A DNA stretch of 64,000 bases, taken from positions 80,253 through 144,252 of IMG/VR virus record IMGVR_UViG_3300013121_000049; one strand, written 5' to 3'. This DNA comes from a virus. Its lineage: Duplodnaviria; Heunggongvirae; Uroviricota; Caudoviricetes. The notes under the pieces were generated by a model. It was not told the origin of the DNA and did not search any database. It saw only the letters and a list, made by a program, of their open reading frames with translations. Positions 9,478 through 20,114 of the stretch are shown piece after piece. The position numbers and the translations under genes were made by a program. How positions within the stretch are numbered: position 1 is the stretch's first letter; every line of letters begins with the position of its first letter.

Positions 9478-10746
9478 TCAGACGTGATGCCACTTACGGG
9501 CGTTCAGCGCAAACTGGGCCATGTGACGGAGGTGAGCGTTTTCCGTAGTAGCCAAGACGTGACGCAGGGATTCCTCGGAAATGCGCTCGCCTTGCGGGAC
9601 GCCCATGGCGGCATGGAGGTCGCCCCTGTGCGCGGGGTTAACGGGTTGGAAGTCGGCGGAAGCCTGCTTGCTGATCAGCGGCATACGGTCAAACCGCGCC
9701 TGCGCCCGCGGCGTTCCCGACGCGCCCAGTACAGCGCCCAGCGCGGCTGCTGCGGGGACAGCGTATTTCAACCGAACCCCGGGAATCATGCTCAGGCCTA
9801 CCCCCGTAATACCTCCGGCAAGGGCTCCTGTTGTCGACCGACCCAGCATGGTGGGGCGGTGTACTTCGCTAGGTTGCAGCCACCCTTCCCGGATACCCTG
9901 GTCGATCCGGTGATCCCGGTATACCTGCAGCCCTACGCCCGCAGCCGCTCCACCGAGAGACCCCGCTGCCGCCCATGCAGGGCTGGCGCCGCCTCCCAGC
10001 CAACTGCCCAGCATGCCGCCCCAGATCGCTCCGGAAACTTTGTCAGTATCCCCGGGGTAGACATACTTGACCTGAGGGCGAGAGTCCTCCGCCGACTTGG
10101 TTAGAAATTGCCGAGCCAGCGACAGGGAAGATTGCTTAAAAATACCTGTGTACATGGGATTAAGGCTCCCCGTAGATGGATGGAACGGGAGACTATCTGC
10201 CGCGAGTATTTCTCCCAGGTCTGCCGAAGATGATTTGGCAGTGGCCAAGAGATACTGATCATACTTATGGCGAAGGCTATTCGGAACAGAGTCTTTGTGA
10301 TGAAAAGCCTCCTGGAACTTATCATGGATGCTTCCCTCTCTAAGCCTGGAGGTAAGGTCGCTCTCCAGCTCCGGATACCTCGAATATGCCCCCGCTTGAA
10401 GCGCTGCTTTTCTGGAAGAAATATCGGAAAAATGAGCCTGCATGGCCCGCCAGTCCTCTGGGGTTGGCGAAGCTGCGTGCGTAATCACCGGAGTAGGGCC
10501 GTTCATAAAATTTTTTAAGGGCTCCCGAATAGAGGGAGGGACTTCCCCTATGTCCTTGCGCAAGGCGTCAATCGTACCTGTCGCGTGAGCCAACCCGCCC
10601 CGCAAAGCTCTCCTTCGAAGACTGACCGCAAGCGCCCCTCCCCCCAGCAACGCTCCGCCGGCCAACGCCAAGCCGGGCAGGTTTACAGGCTGGCCATGCT
10701 TGCGCGTGGCTTCCGGCGGAGTATTACGAGAGGACAGGACGCTCAT
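9478..10746 (-). CDS. hypothetical Gly-rich protein (422 aa), possibly an internal virion protein
   Basis: Complete ORF with Gly/Ala-rich hydrophobic stretches. Its start is 2 nt from the upstream stop. Confidence 0.6.
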   Translation of the reverse strand: MSVLSSRNTPPEATRKHGQPVNLPGLALAGGALLGGGALAVSLRRRALRGGLAHATGTIDALRKDIGEVPPSIREPLKNFMNGPTPVITHAASPTPEDWRAMQAHFSDISSRKAALQAGAYSRYPELESDLTSRLREGSIHDKFQEAFHHKDSVPNSLRHKYDQYLLATAKSSSADLGEILAADSLPFHPSTGSLNPMYTGIFKQSSLSLARQFLTKSAEDSRPQVKYVYPGDTDKVSGAIWGGMLGSWLGGGASPAWAAAGSLGGAAAGVGLQVYRDHRIDQGIREGWLQPSEVHRPTMLGRSTTGALAGGITGVGLSMIPGVRLKYAVPAAAALGAVLGASGTPRAQARFDRMPLISKQASADFQPVNPAHRGDLHAAMGVPQGERISEESLRHVLATTENAHLRHMAQFALNARKWHHV

Positions 10747-10747
10747 G

Positions 10748-11263
10748 TCAGGCCGCCTTCACGATGTAATCGGTGTCGTTGAACTGGAAGCTGTTGGCGG
10801 TGAGCGCCATGCCCAGAACCTGGTGAATGGATCCGGTGCCTTGAGCACTGATCGGGGTAGCCGTCGCACCGCCCGGCGTGGTCGCCGACAGGTAGTAACG
10901 GGTGTCCGGGGTCAGGCCGGTCAGCGCGGTGTTCACGCCGTCAAAATATACCATGACGCCGGTCGCATTGGCGGCAGCCGATTGCAGGACGAAGCCTTCG
11001 GCGTAGTGGCCGCCGGCGGAAGCCACTGCGTTGGCAATCTTGCCATCACTGCGGATGTAGACGAAAGCGCCAGCCGCCAAGTTTTCGAAAGCCGTGCCCG
11101 TATAGGTGTCCGGGCCGATGCCGACCGGCATGAAGGACAGATCGAGACGACCGTTGGCGTCAAGGGCGGGGATGGCGCCGGCGCTGGAGATACCGGCGCT
11201 GGCAGTGATCGCCACGACTTCGGAGGTCTTGCCGTTGACGAGGGCGAGATAGGTAGTAGCCAT
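10748..11263 (-). CDS. hypothetical structural protein (171 aa), Ala/Gly/Thr-rich
   Basis: ORF in the structural operon. Confidence 0.55.
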   Translation of the reverse strand: MATTYLALVNGKTSEVVAITASAGISSAGAIPALDANGRLDLSFMPVGIGPDTYTGTAFENLAAGAFVYIRSDGKIANAVASAGGHYAEGFVLQSAAANATGVMVYFDGVNTALTGLTPDTRYYLSATTPGGATATPISAQGTGSIHQVLGMALTANSFQFNDTDYIVKAA

Positions 11264-11267
11264 GATG

Positions 11268-11909
11268 TTACCTCGGAGCGTTGAAGATGATCGGGGGGGA
11301 GATGTCGACCTTTATTTTAGTCGGTTCCATCGCTACCCCAACCTGCTGCTGAAACAAAGCACCCGGCTGGTTAGGATCTTGGGTCAACCCCCCGTTCCAG
11401 CCGAGAAAAACAGGCTGCCCGGGAGTCCAGGCCCAGTTCTGATTAACCAGTTCGCCTTCCTGAATGACCTTGATCATGGTCCCCATCAAAGCCGAGTTAT
11501 TGGCCACGCCCAGGATGGCGTCCGCGCTGGCCATATCCCGGTTGCTGCCATGCACTGCCGCCCCCACGGAATTCGCCACCACGACGTAGCCGGCGATAAC
11601 CGATCCGCCGGCCGGCCGGTCAATGCTGACCTGGGAACGATCGATCACGGCGACCGTATGCCCAAGGTCCAGCGGCGTTTTCTCTGTGACGATCACGCCG
11701 TTGGTTGCCTGGTAGTACCGGGCGCCCTGAGTGAAGACGTAGAAGGTCAGCACGCCCGCAGGGTCTGTTGTCGTGGGGTTGGCAATCTGCTGGCCGTGGA
11801 TGTCAAACAAGTCGGACAGCGTGACGCCATCCGCCTCAAAGATGGTCGTGGGCGCCGATCGCAACACGGCGCCGTTCTTGTAGCGGATCGTCTGCTGGAT
11901 GCGATACAT
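11268..11909 (-). CDS. tail-fibre or adhesin-like protein (213 aa)
   Basis: Composition and position match a fibre or collar-type protein. It is tightly coupled to its neighbours. Confidence 0.55.
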   Translation of the reverse strand: MYRIQQTIRYKNGAVLRSAPTTIFEADGVTLSDLFDIHGQQIANPTTTDPAGVLTFYVFTQGARYYQATNGVIVTEKTPLDLGHTVAVIDRSQVSIDRPAGGSVIAGYVVVANSVGAAVHGSNRDMASADAILGVANNSALMGTMIKVIQEGELVNQNWAWTPGQPVFLGWNGGLTQDPNQPGALFQQQVGVAMEPTKIKVDISPPIIFNAPR

Positions 11910-11912
11910 GGG

Positions 11913-12368
11913 TCACCAAGAGTCGACGACGGGCAGGTCGAGCATGTACAGGTGCTGGGGCGTGATCCTACTCATGGCCTCCGCCCGGAAATACCGGTTA
12001 CCGGCTTTGTGAATGGCGTAGTACACGGCTTCCGAGCACCAGAACGCATCGGATTCTTGCCAGTTGCGGTGCATGCCTAGCCCCAGTGCCCCCAGCGTAT
12101 CGTAGGGAAGACCGAGAAGGGACACGGCGTTGGCGATGACGTCCTTGGCGCTCTTGACCGGGCACTCCAGGATGACTCCTTTTCGGGAACGATCTTTCAG
12201 GGACTGCAGGGACGATACGTGTACACCCCCCTGGAAAGTGGCTTCCATAATGCGGCCGTCGTCGATGACCAACGCGGCATGCGCCCATTCGGACCACGTA
12301 TTCCACTTGATGATCCGGGCGAAGGGGCCCTTGGTGTCCGCCAGGACAATTTGCACGGAATCGGTCAT
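11913..12368 (-). CDS. hypothetical protein (151 aa)
   Basis: ORF 11913..12518, trimmed to the Met at 12368 (MTDSVQIV), which forms an ATGA overlap with the stop of the upstream gene. Confidence 0.5.
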   Translation of the reverse strand: MTDSVQIVLADTKGPFARIIKWNTWSEWAHAALVIDDGRIMEATFQGGVHVSSLQSLKDRSRKGVILECPVKSAKDVIANAVSLLGLPYDTLGALGLGMHRNWQESDAFWCSEAVYYAIHKAGNRYFRAEAMSRITPQHLYMLDLPVVDSW

Positions 12369-12787
12369 ACAAGCACCTTGTGGAGTTTCCAGTTGATGGC
12401 CAGGTTGACATCGAGGCTGCCGGTGTTGGTGTACGACAGGCGAATAGCCAGGCCCGCCGGTATCTTGGCTGGATACGGCATGTCCATGTTGATGTTGACG
12501 TTGCCCACGAGGAGCCACTCCTCGATGAAGGTCTTCACCACGCCGCCCGGAGTGCCTGTGATGGCGCCGGAGGGGTCGACAACCTGGAATGACGCCGTGT
12601 CGCCGAAATTGCTGTACAGGCTGATTACCCAGGCCCCGGTAATCAGCGTGTCGTCTGTCAGGACCAAGTCAAGATCGGTTGTAAGCCCGGGCGGACAAAG
12701 CTTGCTTACCCCTTTAGCCGCATAGTTCAGCTTGGACTTCTGAAAGTCTGCTACGCTCTGCGGATCATACGTCGTATTGGACGGCAT
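12365..12787 (-). CDS. hypothetical structural protein (140 aa)
   Basis: ORF whose start is directly adjacent to the stop of the upstream 595 aa gene. Confidence 0.55.
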   Translation of the reverse strand: MPSNTTYDPQSVADFQKSKLNYAAKGVSKLCPPGLTTDLDLVLTDDTLITGAWVISLYSNFGDTASFQVVDPSGAITGTPGGVVKTFIEEWLLVGNVNINMDMPYPAKIPAGLAIRLSYTNTGSLDVNLAINWKLHKVLV

Positions 12788-14575
12788 TTACGTGTCCTCG
12801 CTCCAATTGATGGCAACAAGCTGATTGGATGAACCGCCCGATATGGGCGTAACCGAGATCGTCAAGGTTTCTCCGGGCTGGAGTTGGATATCGAAGTCAG
12901 TCAGGTCGCAGAAGGTCGTCCCCTTGGGGTCGGCGATCGTGTTGAACACCGTGATGCCGCCAGTGACCGTAGTCCCCGCCGTATCCACCGCCGCCAGGGA
13001 GTTGTTGGCGTCGATGTTGGCGTAGGACGGTACGCCGCCCAAGGTCGCGTTTTTAACGGCCTTGACGATGGCCGGTACATTAGAAAGCGTCCCCACGGAT
13101 ACCGATCGTATCCGAATCGTCGAGTTATTGCTGACGCCGTTGATCGTTGTGTTGCAGCGCACGGAGAGAACGCTGGTATCCGTCCCTGACGCAATGCTCT
13201 TCGTATGGTTTGCCGCATAGATGGCGTCTCCCGCCCGGCTACGCTCCCCCTCCAGAAATACCCCGAAGCTGCCGGACTTGACCACGATATTCGAGGTGTT
13301 CGACGTATTTGCTGCCTGTATCTGGAACCAGAGCGTTGGATTGATGAACTGAGGCTGCGTTGCCGAGTTGGCGAAGGATGTACGGTGGAAGTCCACCCAT
13401 TCGCCATTCGCCGGATTGATCACCGAGAACAGGCAGCCAAACACTCCGAGGTAGCCGATCTGCAGTTTGAAGATGTTGATCTTCGTGGGATCGATCGTCA
13501 TCCCGGACTTACCCGTGCCGTCCAGAGGGTCGAGGTTGAAGGCCGCCTGAGCCGTCCAGGTATTTACGCTATTCCTTCGCCAGAGAACCCCGAAAGACGT
13601 TCCGTTATAGCCGACCCCGAAGCCGTCCTGAGCGTTGAACATGCCGGCGGTCTGAGAGGAGTTCGCCACCCCCGCGGTAAACACCGCCGTGAATCGCGCA
13701 AGGACACCCTGTCCCGCCCGGTGCTTTGCAACCCGCACCGAACGAATCGTAGCGCTGGAGGACGCCGCTGCCGTCGTGGACACCACCGCCATCTGATTCG
13801 CCGAAGTCGCCGTCCCCGAACCCGTCGTACTGCTGGAAACGATGTTCGAGTTCAACCCATAGGCAAAGTCCCCTTGTGTAAACGGAGACGGGATTGCGAC
13901 CAACTGTTCTCCGAACACGGAGCCAATCCCCGCGGCGGCCGTCGATAGCTTGCCTCCTCGGGTTGCTACGGGAGTCGCGATGTTTCCGCCAGAGGAGAGC
14001 CCGTAGAGCAGGATGGGGGATAGGTTCTGAACCATGGCCGGGGTTTTTGCGTCGATGCTGGCCGATGCGGCGTCCGTTACCCGCAGTGCTCCCGCCGTCG
14101 TCAGCGACAGCGGATTGCTCTGCCCGGTGGTGTACGCAGGGGCCGCCGTAGTGACTGCGCCAAATATCAGGTTACCCGTCTGCCCTGTCGTCGTGGATCC
14201 GGCCGCCGCATTGGTCGGCTGGTTGGCTGCGGTAGACGCACCCGTGGGAAGGGGGAGCGTTCCGTCGGAGGCGTAGACGAACGACTGGCTCTGAGCTGCT
14301 GTTTTCTGACCAAGGTCCCGGGGGGACAACGTGATATTGGCCATGACGGGAGGGGATGCCAGCACCAGCCCTGTATTCAGGTTGACCCACTTCATGGAAA
14401 ACGTGAAGGGAGACCCCTGGGTGATCAAGGGGATGGCCATCAGCGTATCGCCGACGCTGTACCCCGTCCCGGCCGTGACAACCTTGTAGGTGGCGCTGGG
14501 CGCACCACTGGTCAAATCAAGGATGTTCTCGGTCCAGACCCCGCCGGATAGCTGAAGGTACGTCGTCGTGGCCAT
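12788..14575 (-). CDS. tail fibre or receptor-binding-like protein (595 aa), Ser/Thr/Gly/Ala-rich
   Basis: Large ORF with a low-complexity composition typical of fibres. Confidence 0.65.
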   Translation of the reverse strand: MATTTYLQLSGGVWTENILDLTSGAPSATYKVVTAGTGYSVGDTLMAIPLITQGSPFTFSMKWVNLNTGLVLASPPVMANITLSPRDLGQKTAAQSQSFVYASDGTLPLPTGASTAANQPTNAAAGSTTTGQTGNLIFGAVTTAAPAYTTGQSNPLSLTTAGALRVTDAASASIDAKTPAMVQNLSPILLYGLSSGGNIATPVATRGGKLSTAAAGIGSVFGEQLVAIPSPFTQGDFAYGLNSNIVSSSTTGSGTATSANQMAVVSTTAAASSSATIRSVRVAKHRAGQGVLARFTAVFTAGVANSSQTAGMFNAQDGFGVGYNGTSFGVLWRRNSVNTWTAQAAFNLDPLDGTGKSGMTIDPTKINIFKLQIGYLGVFGCLFSVINPANGEWVDFHRTSFANSATQPQFINPTLWFQIQAANTSNTSNIVVKSGSFGVFLEGERSRAGDAIYAANHTKSIASGTDTSVLSVRCNTTINGVSNNSTIRIRSVSVGTLSNVPAIVKAVKNATLGGVPSYANIDANNSLAAVDTAGTTVTGGITVFNTIADPKGTTFCDLTDFDIQLQPGETLTISVTPISGGSSNQLVAINWSEDT

Positions 14576-14635
14576 GGGCGGAAATACCTGTAAAAAAGAG
14601 GGGGAGCTCCTCCATTTTAGACGAAGCTCCTCGGT

Positions 14636-14908
14636 TTAGGCATCCTGAGCGCCGGCAAACTGCGGCTGCTGCTTCAGCAACAGGTAGGCGTAGTTCAACG
14701 GGTTGGCCGCCTGGATATCCGGAGGATTCTGGATACCCAGTGTCTGACGGTCAAGCGGATCGTTTTCCTGGCGATCCTGCGAGTTCTCCCACACCTCCAG
14801 CAGCAGACTGCATTGCCGAGAAGTGTGACCGGTAACTTCTACTTTGATGTACGCGCTGCTGAGCACGCGGCCCTGCGAAGTGCGTACATTTTGCACGATG
14901 ATAGCCAT
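14636..14908 (-). CDS. small hypothetical protein (90 aa)
   Basis: ORF 14636..14965, trimmed to Met20 (rc of 14906-14908). That Met lies 1 nt after the upstream stop and has a GGGGG ribosome-binding site. Confidence 0.4.
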   Translation of the reverse strand: MAIIVQNVRTSQGRVLSSAYIKVEVTGHTSRQCSLLLEVWENSQDRQENDPLDRQTLGIQNPPDIQAANPLNYAYLLLKQQPQFAGAQDA

Positions 14909-14909
14909 A

Positions 14910-16814
14910 TTAACCCCCGTTATGATGAGCTTCGTAGGTGCACTGCCAGTAGCAAGTATCGCCACCTGCAGCAGTTGTGTTTGCCATGCTGATGTCCAAC
15001 AAGCCGCTGGACACAGCAGGAGTAAAAGTAATCGTCTGCGTGTCAGGATTCCAGTCAGTACCTACAGTCTGCGTATCCAATGTCGCTGTCGTGCCATCCC
15101 AACGCACACAAACGCGGCGTTTTCCATACCACACCGCACCTGCGCTGGTTGTCATTGTCAGCAAGCATTCAAAAATACTAACCGCGTGATGTCCTGTGGG
15201 TTTCGTCAGATACGCAGGAAGTTTGGTATTGCTCGAAGTGACAAGCGAAGACGCAGCAGTACCAGTGGACGACCCTTTGAGCGAGCCGACGTAGCCTGTA
15301 ACCTTCGACGCGCTGTACGAAACACTGCTATTTCCAAACAGTGCAGCATCTTCCGGGCATAGCCCAGAAGAATTTATGAGTTTTCCAGACAATACAGCCT
15401 GATTACTTTTGTTCGCCTTATTTGATGTACCAGCCAGAATTGAAGATGTTGTGCCACCGGGATTTACATTCCCATTCGCCGTATTTATGGAGGGCAGTGA
15501 CTTATACGACACAAGATCTATGTTGTAGTCCGGCAGAGAAAGAGTCCTGTTAGCAGTGGCGTAGTTTGTGATTGCTGTGTACGCTCCTGGAACTCCAAGA
15601 TAAGGATTTGCCAGCACCCTGGCGAACGGAATTAAATACTGCGTATTTGGCGTCAGGTTAACCAAGTTCCATAGATTACCCGATGGGACATACGTATACA
15701 GGTATGTAAACCTTTCGCAACCGGGCACATTGCTACCAGTTATCTGCACAGTGGGTGCGACACTGTACAAGTCCGGCCCCATCACATTTTTAGTGCCTCC
15801 GTTCAGTGTTATGATCCCAACTCCGCTGCCGATACGAGAGTCTTTGTTTAGTGGAGTATCCTTAATAATCACCCAGTCGCCATCTGCTGGAGAGGCTGGC
15901 AAGTTGATAGTATACGAGGAAGTATCAGCGCTGCATTGATATACGCGCCCCGCCACAAGATTCAGCCCTGATGACGTAACAATACCTGCGGGGTCATACA
16001 ACGGCACATTAACTGTGCTGCCTCCGTAACCAAGAATTGCAAGATTGCCGCCGGACACTGTATACGTTAGCGGAATACTGCCAAGATTCACATCTTGGTT
16101 AGGCATAGTGATAGTACGTGCCGTTGCAGTGGAGATATTACCAAGACTCCACGCAATTTTCTTTGTGTTATCCGTACCATCAACTACCCGCCACACGTTT
16201 GATTTCGGCAAATCGCTGTACGCTTTAATTGCCTTCTGGCTGGGAACGCGTGTGTCACTGTTTGATGAAAGCGTCGTATCCGTATCGACGTTCGCCGCGT
16301 TGAACGGCGTGTAGCCGAGGTTCCCCTCGATCTGCGCCCAGTTGGCGGCCGTCTGTCCCGGCGCATCAGTCAGGGCCCGGATGGTGTCGCCGACATTCAC
16401 CGCGACGCCTCCCAACGTACCGGCGACGCTGATGTACCAGAGGTCGCCCTTCATGATGGCGCCGGCCGCGCCGCTGCCTCCGGAGGTCGGGTAGGTGTTC
16501 CCGCTGGCATTGTAGTTACCGCGATCCTTGACGACGCCGGAGATGGCCAGGCCAACCGTGGTTTGGACAAACGCCGTCGTGGATATCCGCGTCGAGTTGT
16601 CTCCCGTGGTCGGTGTCGGCGCCGTTGGGCTTCCTGTCAACGCCAGGTTATCCACGGACGCCACGTCAGAGAATTCAGAACCGCTTGGCGTTGACCCTTT
16701 GGGGATGCGCGTGGTCACCCGCTTCATCACGCCGCCATAGAGAACCAGCTCGTTGACCTCGTAGCCTTCCCCGGGCTGGTAAACCGTGATGAACCCGATC
16801 TTGGTCGTCTTCAT
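14910..16814 (-). CDS. tail-fibre-like protein (634 aa)
   Basis: Gly/Thr/Ser/Asn-rich ORF with a GAGGA ribosome-binding site. Confidence 0.65.
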   Translation of the reverse strand: MKTTKIGFITVYQPGEGYEVNELVLYGGVMKRVTTRIPKGSTPSGSEFSDVASVDNLALTGSPTAPTPTTGDNSTRISTTAFVQTTVGLAISGVVKDRGNYNASGNTYPTSGGSGAAGAIMKGDLWYISVAGTLGGVAVNVGDTIRALTDAPGQTAANWAQIEGNLGYTPFNAANVDTDTTLSSNSDTRVPSQKAIKAYSDLPKSNVWRVVDGTDNTKKIAWSLGNISTATARTITMPNQDVNLGSIPLTYTVSGGNLAILGYGGSTVNVPLYDPAGIVTSSGLNLVAGRVYQCSADTSSYTINLPASPADGDWVIIKDTPLNKDSRIGSGVGIITLNGGTKNVMGPDLYSVAPTVQITGSNVPGCERFTYLYTYVPSGNLWNLVNLTPNTQYLIPFARVLANPYLGVPGAYTAITNYATANRTLSLPDYNIDLVSYKSLPSINTANGNVNPGGTTSSILAGTSNKANKSNQAVLSGKLINSSGLCPEDAALFGNSSVSYSASKVTGYVGSLKGSSTGTAASSLVTSSNTKLPAYLTKPTGHHAVSIFECLLTMTTSAGAVWYGKRRVCVRWDGTTATLDTQTVGTDWNPDTQTITFTPAVSSGLLDISMANTTAAGGDTCYWQCTYEAHHNGG

Positions 16815-16823
16815 TGTCTGTCC

Positions 16824-19800
16824 TCAATTCGCGTTGGTGCGGGTGGTGATGAACGCCTTCCACGACATATCGCCGAGAACGCCGGTGCTGCCGACCGTGA
16901 TACGCAGGAGACCGTCGCTCTGGGACGCATCGATGGCGACCGATGTAGTCGCTCCGACAGGCATGCCATCCCACTCTTCAGCAATCAGGGTCTCCCCTAC
17001 CGCCATGAAGGTGGGTCCATAGCAGCGGGTCCGCAGGATGGATTCCCGGTAGTAAAACACGCCGGAAGCACAACCTTCGATGACGATGTGGTGAGACGCT
17101 TGAGTACTGTTCCTCGGGGAACCAACCGGAGTCGGACTAGTAGCGATCGTATTGTATTGACCGATCACCCCGGTGCCGTCCAGCGTCAGCGCCTTCGTGC
17201 TGTTCAGGGTGGTGTTGGCCGTCAATACGACTTCCTGGTGCAACGCACTGTTGGACCTCGACAGCAAATACCACGTAGTCCCCTTGAGTCCAATCTCGCA
17301 GAGATCCCCCGGCAGCAGCTGAAGGGAAGCGCATGCGCTGTCCACGGAGTTCCCCAGCTGAGCGGAAAACGTCGCCCATATAGGCGCTACCGCCCGGAAT
17401 ACGATGCGCTTTCCTTCGCGCGCAAAAGGCAGCACGTAGGTCTGCGACATCCCGGAGAGCGTCGACGTGGTCAGGTTGACCAGATCCGCCCCAGCAGGGA
17501 CGGTCAACGTGCCCGATAGCGCCGTAGCCGTCAGGGTCACCGTACTGGAATTAGGCCGAATCTCCTTGACGCCGGTATATACCCGGATGACGCCGGAAGC
17601 ATCCAGGTTGTAGGCTTGGGCGTCTACCGCCCAGTCAACTCTCCACGAAGCGCCTGCGGGAATCCTCCCCAGAGGCAGGCTCTGTGCAATGCCGGGGCCA
17701 TAGGTATCCCCGGTATCTTCGTTGACCAGGACAACGTGGTAGTTCGGCCCATTGAATATGCTGAATGCAAAACTGACATCGACGGCGGACTGGTTTTCCA
17801 CCATCACCACGCCAGCTGCTGTAGAGACATTATCAAAGACCAGGGACGTCCCGATAACGCTCCCCGTAAACGCGGGGTCCAGAACAACCGTGATTGCTCG
17901 CGTACGATCCGCATAGATCGGAGCAGACACGTTTCCGGGGTTGCCGGTAAACACCCAACGAGGAGATCCGGTATCGGATTCTCCCTCCAGCTTGGTGCAG
18001 ACCCACCCAGGAGGGACGTTACTGGTTTCAAGGCCGGTTCTGAGCCGACTGAACTCGTTCCCTGTGCCGACCCAGCGCAACCCTCCGCCGTACGCAGCAT
18101 ACGCCTGCGTCCCTGCGCTTTGCGTCGTAATCACCATGTTGTCGAACGGCACCACCTGCGTCCAGGCAAGGCCGTCTTGCAGCACGAGGTTCCCCGGGGT
18201 ATACCCCGCGAAAGCGCCGGTCGGTGAATTACCCACAAGAAAGCCATCGGCTCCGCCCAGGCCGGTAAACGGCACGTCGTTCACAATATGTACGTACAAA
18301 ACCCCGGGGCTGCGGCCAGTCTGTGTCAGCGCGCGCAGAGCCCTCTGCAGCAAATCCGGGATGCCGATCAGCGCGACATCGGTCTCCAGCGTAGTGATCC
18401 GGGTCTCATGGTCACCTGTCGTCGTCTGCAGCCCCGATACTTGGCCGTCCAGCGTCGTCAGGTGCGTATCCGTGGCCGAGATGTAGTTGGCCAAGTCGGT
18501 TTGCAGGGCGCCGATATCCGCCTGATACTGCGTCAACCTGACCAGAGAGCTTGCCTTGGGATAGACGAAGATCGTGGTCGCATCCATGAACTCGACAATG
18601 TCACCGGTCTCTGCCGCCACTCCGTTGTAGGATCCGCCGGGGAGAGCGTAGTACCGGTTTCCGACTTCCGCGCCAACAGGGGGGTACGGGTCGTGAGTCG
18701 TAACGGTGAGCCACGGAACAAAGTTTCCGGGGATGCCCTCCGTGATCGCCAGGGGATCGATCGAGTGCCGCAACGAAACCGTTGCGCCTATCTGAGGGTC
18801 TCCCGCTTGAATCGAGGAGTAGGTCCCTTCCACGAAGGCGCAGATCGTGGTGATATCCGCCGGGAGGACAAACGGAGTAAGACCGCCGATCCACCCCTGG
18901 TCAACGCCATTAACGAGGAACCCTACCTTCCCGGTAGCGCCCTCGAAGTAGACAACTACCCGGCAGTCCACCGGGAAAGTCAGCGGAATTGCCTGGGATA
19001 CCAGGGTGTCTGTCCCCCCGGGATGCTCGTACTGGCTGGATACGGAGCCGATAATGCCGGACGGACTATTGGCTACCTGGATGAATACGGAGAATCCCTT
19101 GGTCATCGCGGCATTCCGGGCAAATATGCCGGAGAACGCTATAACCTGTCCGGACCCGAGCAGCGCGGCTGTCATATCGGAAGACACGTCCAGCAAGATC
19201 GCAGTGACATTAGGGCCCGTAGGCAAGGGGAGGTCGCCCACGCTGCCCGTATTAGTAAGCACCTGGAATCCGTTTGCCGTCGCCGCCGCATAGGCAAAGA
19301 AGGGGGGGTTCCCTTCAAAAAGGCTGAAGGAGTGAACGCTGTCGTCTCCGGATACCGTGGGGAACGGAGCAGCGCCAATGAACTCCGCCACCCCATCCAT
19401 GACGGGGTACTGGAGAATGTCTTGTTGCTGGGTGACCGGCGACATATCCCAGCCGCCTTTGATCGGCAGGTCGAGGTTGGCCCTGGCCGCCAGCGGCTGC
19501 ACTGCAATCCACTGCCCTCCCGAGTAGATCAGCATATCCTTCTCAGCGCCGGTAATGGCGCCGATATCGACCAGACTTTGCGGAACGTCCAGGACTCCGG
19601 ACCAATGAACCTGGGCGGCGAGGCCTGCCCGGTACTCTTGATAGCCGGAGGCGTCGCCGAGATGCGTATCGTCGATCACCCGGTACATGATCTGGATGTC
19701 GTCTTGCATCACGGTGTCGCCGTTTTGCACTTGCGCCGTGGTCAGAGCAAACCGGGCAGCCTCGTCGGCCACATGCACCAGACGCTCCAGCGCCGCTGCC

Positions 19801-20114
19801 GGGATAACCGACAACGGCAGCATGCCCGTGGTGATGTTCGATGCGTTGGTCGTGTCGACATTCTGGACGTTACCCAAGCCGACGTCCGCGTTGGTCAGGA
19901 CAACGATGCCGACTTTGCCGTTAACGCTCAGCACGCTGCTCGGCGGAAAGTAGCCCAGAGTAGTCCCATAACCTACTCCGGTAGCTACCACCGGGCGACC
20001 CGCTCCTCCCTGCCACGTCGAAAATGCGTCCGTGGAGAACAGCTTGGTGCCGATGTTGCCGTTGACGAAGTTGATGAACGGCTGGATGTCTTCCAAGTAA
20101 ATGGGCGTCGGCAT
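16824..20114 (-). CDS. large tail protein (1096 aa), likely a fibre, tailspike or baseplate component
   Basis: Gly/Thr-rich ORF with a coiled-coil-like segment (TTLDGQVSGLQTTTGDHETRITTLETDVAL). It shares a TAATG stop/start overlap with the upstream gene. Confidence 0.7.
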   Translation of the reverse strand: MPTPIYLEDIQPFINFVNGNIGTKLFSTDAFSTWQGGAGRPVVATGVGYGTTLGYFPPSSVLSVNGKVGIVVLTNADVGLGNVQNVDTTNASNITTGMLPLSVIPAAALERLVHVADEAARFALTTAQVQNGDTVMQDDIQIMYRVIDDTHLGDASGYQEYRAGLAAQVHWSGVLDVPQSLVDIGAITGAEKDMLIYSGGQWIAVQPLAARANLDLPIKGGWDMSPVTQQQDILQYPVMDGVAEFIGAAPFPTVSGDDSVHSFSLFEGNPPFFAYAAATANGFQVLTNTGSVGDLPLPTGPNVTAILLDVSSDMTAALLGSGQVIAFSGIFARNAAMTKGFSVFIQVANSPSGIIGSVSSQYEHPGGTDTLVSQAIPLTFPVDCRVVVYFEGATGKVGFLVNGVDQGWIGGLTPFVLPADITTICAFVEGTYSSIQAGDPQIGATVSLRHSIDPLAITEGIPGNFVPWLTVTTHDPYPPVGAEVGNRYYALPGGSYNGVAAETGDIVEFMDATTIFVYPKASSLVRLTQYQADIGALQTDLANYISATDTHLTTLDGQVSGLQTTTGDHETRITTLETDVALIGIPDLLQRALRALTQTGRSPGVLYVHIVNDVPFTGLGGADGFLVGNSPTGAFAGYTPGNLVLQDGLAWTQVVPFDNMVITTQSAGTQAYAAYGGGLRWVGTGNEFSRLRTGLETSNVPPGWVCTKLEGESDTGSPRWVFTGNPGNVSAPIYADRTRAITVVLDPAFTGSVIGTSLVFDNVSTAAGVVMVENQSAVDVSFAFSIFNGPNYHVVLVNEDTGDTYGPGIAQSLPLGRIPAGASWRVDWAVDAQAYNLDASGVIRVYTGVKEIRPNSSTVTLTATALSGTLTVPAGADLVNLTTSTLSGMSQTYVLPFAREGKRIVFRAVAPIWATFSAQLGNSVDSACASLQLLPGDLCEIGLKGTTWYLLSRSNSALHQEVVLTANTTLNSTKALTLDGTGVIGQYNTIATSPTPVGSPRNSTQASHHIVIEGCASGVFYYRESILRTRCYGPTFMAVGETLIAEEWDGMPVGATTSVAIDASQSDGLLRITVGSTGVLGDMSWKAFITTRTNAN

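Noticed and set aside
11913-12368. Possible cysteine-peptidase or endolysin call for the 151 aa protein (FWCSEAV...AIHKAG)
   Set aside because: The Cys and His are only about 9 residues apart and there is no recognisable NlpC/P60 or CHAP spacing. This is insufficient for a catalytic assignment. No endolysin, lysozyme or amidase motif was recognised anywhere in the window.
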